A DNA stretch of 14,592 nt from Candidatus Hadarchaeum sp. (lineage in GTDB: Archaea; Hadarchaeota; Hadarchaeia; Hadarchaeales; Hadarchaeaceae), in the NCBI RefSeq assembly GCF_049969415.1, contig NZ_JBMFOX010000027.1, positions 1 to 14,592 on the forward strand, in the 5' to 3' direction. Positions 1-7,600 of this stretch are shown here, piece by piece. The notes beneath the pieces are model-generated. The model was not told the DNA's origin. It worked only from the letters and a program-made list of their open reading frames with translations, and made no database searches. Position 1 is the first letter of the stretch, and every line of letters starts with the position of its first letter. Position numbers and translations under genes: made by a program.

Positions 1-99
1 GAACCATCTCCGCCACAGCAGCGTTTATTTTGATGAAATTATGTTGATTAGTCGAGGAGCTACTAGAGTTTATCTCAAGAAATCAGAATTTTAACCGGG

Positions 100-933
100 A
101 TGGAATTGACGACCCTACGTGAACTCCTGCGGGGGACACTCACTGAAAGCGAGCTGAGACTCCTGCCCAAGAGGTTCAAGCGAATCGGACACGTGGCAAT
201 CCTCAATCTTCCGAAAGACCTTTTCCACCGGAACCAAGAAATCGCGCAAAGGACAATGGACTTCACCGGCGCCAAAACGGTGGCGATCAACGAAGGAAAA
301 ATAGAAGGTAGGTTTCGGGAGCCCCGGTTGAGAGTAATCGCCGGCGACCCCAACACCGAGACCGTCCACGTGGAAAACGGCTGCCAATTCAGGCTGGATG
401 TGGCAAGGGTCATGTTCTCCCCGGGCAATGTCCACGAGAGGGGTAGAGTTGCCCATCTGGTTTCACCGGACGAGGTCGTCGTGGACATGTTTGCCGGCGT
501 GGGGCAGTTCAGCATTCCCATCGCCGTCCACGCCCGGCCCAGCCTAGTTTACTCCATCGAGATTAACCAAGTTGCCTTCAACTATCTTCTGGAAAACATC
601 AGGATCAACAAGGTGGGCCACATCTTAAGGCCGATTCTGGGCGACTGTAGTGAAGTTGCCCCGCGCGGCGTGGCCGATCGGGTAATAATGGGTATCCTCC
701 ACGTGACCCACCGCTACCTGCCCCTGGCAATGAAGGTTCTCAAGCCAGAAGGAGGCGTGATTCACTATCACGAGACGGTGCCCTCACGGCTGGGGTTCAA
801 GCGACCGGTGGAGAGAATCATCCGAGCGGCTAGTGGTCGGGAGGTAGAAATAATCAACCAGCGAGTGGTGAAAAGGTATTCCCCAGGCGTGGATCACGTG
901 GTTGTCGACGCAAAGATCGGGAAAAAGAAATAG
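100..933 (+). CDS. taw2: tRNA(Phe) wyosine-pathway aminocarboxypropyltransferase Taw2/TYW2 (Trm5/Met-10 class I SAM-dependent fold)
   Basis: 277-aa ORF with ENGCxFxLDV, MFSPGNxxER, the SAM motif DMFAGVGQF, ADRVIMG (Trm5 has DRxxMNLP), HYHE and YSPGVxHVVVD. It lacks the Trm5 N-terminal D1 domain, which fits Taw2 rather than Trm5. Confidence 0.8.
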   Translation: MELTTLRELLRGTLTESELRLLPKRFKRIGHVAILNLPKDLFHRNQEIAQRTMDFTGAKTVAINEGKIEGRFREPRLRVIAGDPNTETVHVENGCQFRLDVARVMFSPGNVHERGRVAHLVSPDEVVVDMFAGVGQFSIPIAVHARPSLVYSIEINQVAFNYLLENIRINKVGHILRPILGDCSEVAPRGVADRVIMGILHVTHRYLPLAMKVLKPEGGVIHYHETVPSRLGFKRPVERIIRAASGREVEIINQRVVKRYSPGVDHVVVDAKIGKKK

Positions 934-986
934 CGGGTAATATTTTTACCTCGCAAGAGATAGGCTAACGGGGGACTGGTCAAATC

Positions 987-1505
987 CTGCAGGAGACTAC
1001 TCAGAAGGAACTCGCCAAACTCAGGGCCATGGCTGACTACCTCTTTGACCGGGGGGTTGGGAACCGGCTGTTTCCTGATGGTGTCCGCGTGGTCAAGACC
1101 CGCGGTAGGATCCGGCAGGTCTGGCTGGGCGAAGAAATCCTATGCACGATCAGAGCATCGGACGGGTTCATCGTGCTCAACCGGAGGGGGGCAGAACTTA
1201 TCCACTCCGCCTTGAGCCCCCCGCGCCTGAGGGTCACCGTAGGTCCGGAAGCCGCACCCTTCGTGGCGGCGGGCAAAACCGTCTTCGCAAAGCACGTGGT
1301 GGCGGCGGACCCGGAGATCAGGCCCTACGAAGAAGTTCTTGTCGTTGACCCGGATGACAGACTGCTCGCGACCGGGAAGGCCCTGCTCAACGGGGCGGAG
1401 ATGGTGGCCTTCAAGACTGGTGTGGCGGTCGCGGTGAGAAGAGGCCTCAGAGATGCTAAGGTTTTAGGCAGGGGAGATAACATCTGCAGGGAAAGGGACG
1501 AGTGA
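987..1505 (+). CDS. Stand-alone C2-PUA domain protein, probably the C-terminal subunit of a split archaeosine tRNA-guanine transglycosylase
   Basis: Motifs LRAMADYLF, TRGRIRQV, TIRASDG, PFVAAGKTVFAKHV, IRPYEEVLVV, LLATGKA and GVAVAVRRG. The frame is open upstream of ATG 1029 back to TAA 966-968 and encodes the conserved ELAKLRA helix, so CTG 987 is the inferred start (ATG 1029 is the alternative). Confidence 0.8.
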   Translation: MQETTQKELAKLRAMADYLFDRGVGNRLFPDGVRVVKTRGRIRQVWLGEEILCTIRASDGFIVLNRRGAELIHSALSPPRLRVTVGPEAAPFVAAGKTVFAKHVVAADPEIRPYEEVLVVDPDDRLLATGKALLNGAEMVAFKTGVAVAVRRGLRDAKVLGRGDNICRERDE

Positions 1506-1506
1506 G

Positions 1507-1854
1507 ATGGTGTTTCCGAAGAAGATAGACCGGCGCCAGATGGAGAGGGCCATGCGTCAGATGGGGATCAAGATGCAGGAGCTGGAGGGGGTTCAGGAAG
1601 TGGTAATAAAGTTCTCCGACCGGGAAATCATCATCCCGGGTGCACAAGTGACGCTCACCGAGATGGCCGGGCAGAGGAGCTATCAGGTCGTCGGCAGGGA
1701 AATCGAGCGAAAACTGGCGCTGGAAATAACTGAGGAAGACATCAAGCTGGTCATGGAGCAAGCCAACGTGGACCGGGAAACCGCCAGCAGGGCGCTTCAG
1801 GAAACCAACGGGGACATCGCGGAAGCAATTTTGAGGCTGAAGGGGAAATCCTAA
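1507..1854 (+). CDS. nac: Archaeal nascent polypeptide-associated complex protein
   Basis: MRQMGIKMQEL..VQEVVIK NAC domain plus the C-terminal UBA-like EEDIKLVMEQANV...NGDIAEAIL. It starts 1 nt after the PUA gene stop. Confidence 0.95.
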   Translation: MVFPKKIDRRQMERAMRQMGIKMQELEGVQEVVIKFSDREIIIPGAQVTLTEMAGQRSYQVVGREIERKLALEITEEDIKLVMEQANVDRETASRALQETNGDIAEAILRLKGKS

Positions 1855-1880
1855 CCGCGCGGGGACCGCTAAAATTTAGT

Positions 1881-2099
1881 TTATCTGGCAAATATCGCAA
1901 TTATAATTGAAATGGCCGAAATGATCAGCAGTATTGGCGAGGTAACGAAAACGAAGCCGTTGCTGCGATAGACGTAGATGAGCCACCAGGGGACCTTAGA
2001 CAGATCGATATAGCTCCCAATGACCGGCAGCAGCACCAGAGCCACTCCGATGAGGATGAACGCTATGCCGAGCAGCGTTATCGCGTTCGTGGCGACCAC
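1881..2099 (-). CDS. Small two-TM membrane protein of unknown function (loosely DUF2905-like)
   Basis: 72 aa with two hydrophobic segments flanking PWWLIYVYRSNGFVF. GTG start 3 nt after the stop of the B3/B4 gene, suggesting co-transcription. Confidence 0.65.
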   Translation of the reverse strand: MVATNAITLLGIAFILIGVALVLLPVIGSYIDLSKVPWWLIYVYRSNGFVFVTSPILLIISAISIIIAIFAR

Positions 2100-2102
2100 C
2101 GC

Positions 2103-2765
2103 CTAAAGTACCTCAACGTGCTCAACGTATCCGCCGCAGTATCTCCGCGCATAAAGGGCGAGGGAGTTGACCGCGGCCTCAACGCGCTCGCGAGATATTC
2201 CGGGCGCATTCCAGACCACGATGGCTATCTTGGAAGTCTTGTAGGTAACCATGGTGGCCTTGGCGTCCCCAGCGGTGTAGGCGGAAAGCACCCGCTGGTC
2301 GTCACGGAGAATCACCTCTCCCGGCCTCGGGCTGACCTTGCGGCCGTCGATGAGCTCAAAGGGCGCCGTGTCGGTGGCCAGCGTCGTCCTCAGCTCCCCC
2401 TTGACCTTCTCCAGATCATAGACGCCGGCGGAAACCCAGTGTTCAACGGTGGCGAGCAGGCAGGAGTCGACAACGTTGTTCACCGAGGGAAACCTGTCAT
2501 CAAGGGCGCGTCTCACCAGATACTCCGGCGCGGGATGGTGGCTGGACGGATCCACGCCCATCGCGCTGAAGAAATCCCGATAGGCCTTGACTTCAGGAAT
2601 CTCCGCTAGATTGGCGGCGCCCAGCTTGGACTTTAGCTCGCTTAAGACCTGGCTCTTTCTCTCCTCCAATCTTTCCACTGTGGGCTCAACCGTTACCCCG
2701 CTGGCCCGAACATAACCGGCGATGAAGCCAGGATATTTCTCCCTGACTGCTGGATCCAGTTTCAA
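2103..2765 (-). CDS. Stand-alone B3/B4 domain protein (PheRS beta editing-domain-like)
   Basis: Motifs AYRDFFSAMGVDPS..PAPEYLVRR, FPSVNNVVD, GVYDLEKV and GEVILRDD. TTG start with SD GGAGGT at 2772-2777. Confidence 0.85.
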   Translation of the reverse strand: MKLDPAVREKYPGFIAGYVRASGVTVEPTVERLEERKSQVLSELKSKLGAANLAEIPEVKAYRDFFSAMGVDPSSHHPAPEYLVRRALDDRFPSVNNVVDSCLLATVEHWVSAGVYDLEKVKGELRTTLATDTAPFELIDGRKVSPRPGEVILRDDQRVLSAYTAGDAKATMVTYKTSKIAIVVWNAPGISRERVEAAVNSLALYARRYCGGYVEHVEVL

Positions 2766-2798
2766 GCTTCAACCTCCCTGTATATTTTGATCGGGTTC

Positions 2799-2811
2799 TT
2801 TTTTAACTTTC
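2799..2811 (-). promoter_or_regulatory. Putative BRE/TATA promoter of the B3/B4 gene
   Basis: The minus strand reads GAAAGTTAAAAAA about 22 nt upstream of the SD GGAGGT. Confidence 0.5.
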
Positions 2812-2832
2812 TCATCTTCGCCTGCCTTTAAG

Positions 2833-2923
2833 GATTTTGGCCAACCGGCGTAGAGTCAGAAAATCTTGAGACAACTCAACACAGAGCCATGGTTGACGAA
2901 TTCCCGGTCAGCCGAAGCTGACC
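2833..2923 (-). other. Structured intergenic element (candidate ncRNA or structured 3' UTR)
   Basis: Perfect 7-bp stem with a cUUCGg tetraloop (2906-2923) and additional GU-supported helices on the minus strand. Confidence 0.35.
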
Positions 2924-2972
2924 TGTAAGTTAGGGTTGCTGAAATTTTAACGATTAAAATTTTCTCCCCGAA

Positions 2973-4319
2973 CTATTCTCCGGCTATTTCCTCAAGGACC
3001 TTCCCCTTCGTTTCAACACCCAGCACTGCGACGGCAACTGCACCCAAAAAGTGCATTAAGGCAAAAACAGTGAAGGCAGCTGCCAGCCCGCCGTAGGCAT
3101 ACAAGAGGGGGGTTGCCGTTGGCGCGATTACGCCTGCCAAGCGGCCGATGCTTGCGGCAGCACCCGAGCCGGTTCCCCGGATTTCCGTGGGATAGAGTTC
3201 GGGGGTGTACGCGTAAAGCGCCGACCAAGCGCCCAGATTGAAGAATGAGATGACAACGCTCCACAGGAGTATGGAGGTGGGCTCCACGGCGAGGCTCAGC
3301 AGGACGCTTCCGACGCCGGCAAGGGCGAGATATATGAGCGCGATCGGCTTTCTGCCCGCGCGGTCGAGCAACAGGGCCGCGCTGTAATATCCCGGGACCT
3401 GCGCCAGTGTGACGATTAACACCCACTGTATCGATTTGACGACGGTGAAGTTCAACGGCGGGCCCGCGTAAAAGGTGGGCAACCATACGAAAATTCCGTG
3501 ATAGGTGTAGACTAGGACTGCCCAGACTATCCAAAGCAGGGCAGTTCTCCGGCGGAGGGATGATGACCAGAGCTTCCTCAATGCCTTCCGGAGGCTGTAC
3601 TGCTTGGGGGAAAATGCTGAAACTTTCAGGCCGCTAATATCTGCTGGAGCTATCCTGTATTTTTGGAGCAGGGCCACTGCCTCGCCAATTTTTCCCTTCA
3701 GATGGAGATATCTCAGGGACTCGGGCAGATAAAGGGCGACCACAGGGATTAGGAAGAGGGGAATCAAGGCCACTAGGAACGTTGCCCGCCAGCCGAAGGT
3801 TGGGAAGAGGAAAAATGGAAAAAGCAGCGAGAGGAGCGCACCGTAGACCCAAGCCGTTTCGACCAAACCCAGAAAACGCCCCCGGTACTTCGCCGGGATG
3901 TATTCCGAAATGTAGACGCCCGGCTGGGGTAGCGAACCGCCTAGGCCTACCCCGGCAAGGAAGCGCAGCAGCGCCAAGGTGGCCGGGTCGGGGGCCAGCG
4001 AGTTCAGGGCGGTGAAGATGGACATCGTTGCTATCGTGAGGAGCAAGGTCTTCTTCCTGCCGATGCGGTCGGCGAGGATGCCGCAGCACAAGGCACCGAC
4101 GAACATCCCCAGATAACCCGCGCTCAGCAACAGGCCGGAGACAAGCGGTTGCTGCCCCAACCCGAACTCCTTGATGATGGGTGTTAAAACTGCCGCGATG
4201 AGCAGGACGTTCATCGCCGTGAAGCCGTAGATGAGGCTGCCCACTAACAGCAGCCCGTAATGAAAGCGAGTGAGCGGAGCCCTCTCTAGATATTCCGCAA
4301 TGGTCTCGGTCATCCTCAA
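2973..4319 (-). CDS. MFS transporter (aromatic acid/niacin NiaP/SV2-like group), substrate unknown
   Basis: About 12 TM segments, motif A GILADRIGRK, RFLAGVGLGG, YISEYIPAKYRGR, PES, LLDRAGRK, ELYPTEIRGTG and GVETKGK. The start could be ATG 4313. Confidence 0.9.
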   Translation of the reverse strand: MRMTETIAEYLERAPLTRFHYGLLLVGSLIYGFTAMNVLLIAAVLTPIIKEFGLGQQPLVSGLLLSAGYLGMFVGALCCGILADRIGRKKTLLLTIATMSIFTALNSLAPDPATLALLRFLAGVGLGGSLPQPGVYISEYIPAKYRGRFLGLVETAWVYGALLSLLFPFFLFPTFGWRATFLVALIPLFLIPVVALYLPESLRYLHLKGKIGEAVALLQKYRIAPADISGLKVSAFSPKQYSLRKALRKLWSSSLRRRTALLWIVWAVLVYTYHGIFVWLPTFYAGPPLNFTVVKSIQWVLIVTLAQVPGYYSAALLLDRAGRKPIALIYLALAGVGSVLLSLAVEPTSILLWSVVISFFNLGAWSALYAYTPELYPTEIRGTGSGAAASIGRLAGVIAPTATPLLYAYGGLAAAFTVFALMHFLGAVAVAVLGVETKGKVLEEIAGE

Positions 4320-4473
4320 TCAAACGAGGCCCTGATTGCATTTAAAGCTCTTCCGAGGTCACTTTCAGCTACCCGCTGCCAAGTTGTTTGAGCCGGTGAA
4401 AGGTCTAAAAATGATAAAGACTTAAAGAGGCAAAATCTCTAATCATTTTGTTTTTACTTCGGGAGAGGGTCAA

Positions 4474-6025
4474 ATGAAAACAAGGCCGGACGCAATAGTG
4501 GTGATTGATTTCGGGGGACAGTATGCCCACCTGATCGGCCGAAGGATCAGGGACTTTAACGTTTACTCGGAAATATTGCCCTGTGACGTGACCGCCGATG
4601 AGATTGAAGAACTGAGGAAAAAACTCAACCTCAAGGGAATAATACTCTCGGGCGGCCCATCCAGCGTTTACCGGGAGGGCAGCTTGGAAAAAATCCAGCA
4701 GCTCTTTGAACTCGGCCTGCCGGTACTGGGCATCTGCTACGGACACCAGCTCATCGCCCACGTTGCCGGCGGAAAGGTGAAACCCGCCGCGAAAAAGGAG
4801 TACGGGATAACCGTCGCCACCATCGACCGACCGCTGGGCGTTCTGCAGGGGTTGAAGAAAAGGGAAAGTGTGTGGATGAGCCACAGCGACACCGTCTACA
4901 GGCTTCCGCCGGATTACCTCGTCCTTGCCCATACAGAGAACTGCCCCGTGGCCGCCCTCAAGCACCGGGAAAAACCCATTTTCGGCCTGCAGTGGCATCC
5001 GGAGGTGACCCACACCGAAAGCGGCGAAAAGATGCTGCGCAACTTCATCTTTGAGATCTGCGGCTGCCAGCCCAACTGGGTGATGGGCGACTTCGTCAGG
5101 GGTGCTATCAGAGAGATAAGACAGGCGGCGGGAGGCAAAAAATGCATCATCGCCCTTAGCGGAGGGATCGACTCCAGCGTGGCCACCGCCCTGGCTGCCA
5201 GGGCCCTAGGAAAAAAGCTGACCGCGGTCTTCGTCGACCACGGCTTCATGAGGGAGGGCGAGCCTGAATTCGTCAGGAGAACCTTCGGGAAGATGGGGAT
5301 CAACTTCATCTCGGTGGCCGCCCGGGAGAGATTTTTACGCAGGTTGAGAGGAGTGACCGACCCCGAGGAAAAGAGGAAGATCGTCGGGGAGGAGTTCATC
5401 AAGGTCTTCGAGGAGGTTGCCAGAGAGGTCGGCGCCGAGTATCTCATCCAGGGCACCATCTATCCGGACAGGATCGAGTCGGGTTTTCGGAGGAGGTCTG
5501 AGAAGATAAAGACCCACCACAACGTCGGAGGGCTGCCCACCAAGATTGAGTTCAAGGGGATAATTGAGCCGCTCCGGGACCTCTACAAGGACGAGGTGCG
5601 CAAGGTCGCCGAGAGGCTGAAGCTGCCCTGGGAGATCATCCGCAGGCAGCCTTTCCCTGGCCCAGGACTGGCGGTGAGGATAACGGGGGGGGATCACTCC
5701 AGAAAAAATCAGGATCGTCAAGACCGCGGATAGGATCGTCAGGGAGGAGATTGAAAGGGCCGGGCTGAAGGACGGCCTTTGGCAGTACTTCGCCGTTCTG
5801 ACCGACACCAAGAGCACCGGAGTCAAGGGCGATGCCCGCGCCTATGGCTACACAGTTGCCGTAAGGGCCGTGCAGAGCCGGGAGGCGATGACGGCCAGCT
5901 TTGCCAAAATCCCGTATGAGGTACTGGAGAGAATTTCCACCAGGATAACCAACGAGAATCCCACCGTCACCCGGGTCGTCTACGACATCACCCACAAGCC
6001 GCCAGCCACCATCGAATGGGAGTAG
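4474..6025 (+). CDS. guaA: GMP synthase (glutamine-hydrolysing), fused GATase + ATPPase + dimerisation domains, interrupted by a frameshift at G8 (5685-5692)
   Basis: Motifs [45 protein letters not shown] and [10 protein letters not shown] in the first frame. The conserved C-terminus ([13 protein letters not shown]...WQYFAVL...[10 protein letters not shown]...[17 protein letters not shown]) continues from 5693 in the +1 frame to TAG 6023-6025. Confidence 0.93.
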
Positions 6026-6604
6026 CTAAAGGCGCCCGGATCTGAGCCTCCGGTAAATATAGACAGCGATTATCAGCACAGCCATCACGGTCAACAGCCC
6101 CGAGGCCGCGATGACTAGGATATCGTTGGTCTCAGCGATGAAGGCGATTGAAACCGCCGCCATGAAAACTCCGATGTAGAGGCTGGCGTTGCTGCTCAAG
6201 AACCTAGTGAATTCCAAGCGGATGACCCTAGAGTAACGGTTCAGCAAAATCAGCAGCGTGGCGAGGATGATGAACGTTATCACCAGCGTGTAGGTGATTC
6301 CACTCCGGTAATCTCCGAAGGTGAGCAGGAGCCCGACCTCGTCCCCGATCAAACCCCCGCCCGCACCAAAGAGGATGGCGGCCAGACGATCGGCCCTTTC
6401 GTCGCGATAGCTGATCCCGATCCAGCCGCCTATCGCCATCATCGCTAGGCCAAACCAGAAGTGGTGGATGTGAAAGCCGCCGCTGATTAGGACGATGTTG
6501 GGGTAGAGGGTGGTGAATGACCGCGCGACCAAGAAGGCCAGGACGAAGGAGACTAACGCCAGCACCGAGAGATTGGGCCTGAGCTCCGACTTTTCCGAGG
6601 ACAA
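6026..6604 (-). CDS. Uncharacterised integral membrane protein with HIHHxxxG and GxGLxxDE motifs
   Basis: 192 aa, about 6 hydrophobic helices. TTG start preceded by GGTGGTGG. Its stop directly abuts the guaA stop. Confidence 0.8.
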   Translation of the reverse strand: MSSEKSELRPNLSVLALVSFVLAFLVARSFTTLYPNIVLISGGFHIHHFWFGLAMMAIGGWIGISYRDERADRLAAILFGAGGGLIGDEVGLLLTFGDYRSGITYTLVITFIILATLLILLNRYSRVIRLEFTRFLSSNASLYIGVFMAAVSIAFIAETNDILVIAASGLLTVMAVLIIAVYIYRRLRSGRL

Positions 6605-6710
6605 CCAACCACCCTGCGAGACAGAAAATAATCTAACGATTACCTTTTAAAAATCGCCAGCGCCTGTGCCGGTGGCGAACCTCGGGGCTTAAGTTTCTGG
6701 TCAAAGGGGT

Positions 6711-7475
6711 TCATCCAATGGCGGCGATCTCGCTGTATCTCTTCAACTGAAACCTTTTCCTGATTTCATCGTCCCGGAGCAAATCGGTTATCTCCCTAAC
6801 CTTCCGCTCGGCCTCTAGCGCCAGCTCACGGTGCCGGCGCAGAAACTCGAATATCTCGGCGTCTTCAAGGTCCAGACCCTTGAGGCACAGGATCAAGGAC
6901 TCATCAAGCGGAGTCAGACAGATATCCTCAATAATTACCGTCTTCAGGGCAAATTTCTTTTCAAGCCTGCTGGCGACGTCCGGGGCGTGAAGCCTGCCCA
7001 TCACCACGTGGAGGTCGCCCAAGGCACTGACGAGGGCACCCAGCCTCTCGGCTATGGCAACGTTTCTCCTTCTGGTCTCACTCACGAGTTCCCGATAGAT
7101 GCCGGCGATCAGATCCCAATCCTCGTCGCGCAGCAGGGCTAAGGTGAGGTCGTCCCTGCAGAGGACCCAGTCATTATAGAGATCAAGATCCTCGTAGCAA
7201 TGAGCGCCGAAGTTTTTGTCCCTTTTGTAGAGCTCGGGGAGAACCTGAAGCAAGGGACGGAAACCGGGTTCGAAATGGGGGGATATGACTTCGCCGCCGA
7301 TGAGAAACGCCACCAATTTATCGTAGGAAATTTTGCCCCTGGCATAATCGTTCAAACGGGCTTCAACTTCCTGGGGAAATTCCAATCCCAGATGCACGCA
7401 ACCTTCCTTCAGCAGATACTCTGCAACCAGCTGACCAAACTTTCTCTCATGAGGGGCGGGAATTAAACTAATCAC
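6711..7475 (-). CDS. Hypothetical soluble protein, probable TraB/Tiki/ChaN/EreA superfamily
   Basis: Ordered motifs ISLIPAPH, HLGLEFP, RRRNVAIAERL and LHVVMGRLH match the H..E..RN..GxxH signature of that superfamily (recognised by eye). Confidence 0.6.
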   Translation of the reverse strand: MISLIPAPHERKFGQLVAEYLLKEGCVHLGLEFPQEVEARLNDYARGKISYDKLVAFLIGGEVISPHFEPGFRPLLQVLPELYKRDKNFGAHCYEDLDLYNDWVLCRDDLTLALLRDEDWDLIAGIYRELVSETRRRNVAIAERLGALVSALGDLHVVMGRLHAPDVASRLEKKFALKTVIIEDICLTPLDESLILCLKGLDLEDAEIFEFLRRHRELALEAERKVREITDLLRDDEIRKRFQLKRYSEIAAIG

Positions 7476-7600
7476 TGTCTAAATAATCTTTCTTCCTTTA
7501 TTTATCATTTTTTAAAGCTGCCTCCAAGAGGGGCGAACTAAACCCTCAGAAATTTTCACCTGGAGTTTTCCGGTAAAAATTGGTTGTTGAAAACCAGTGT

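Noticed and set aside
1-30. Possible start (ATG at 7-5, after GGCGGAG) of a divergent minus-strand gene running off the window
   Set aside because: Only two codons are visible, so it cannot be supported.
5335-5995. Minus-strand ORFs 5335-5826 and 5636-5995 apparently filling the gap after the truncated guaA ORF
   Set aside because: The region is fully explained by the frameshifted GuaA C-terminus on the + strand.
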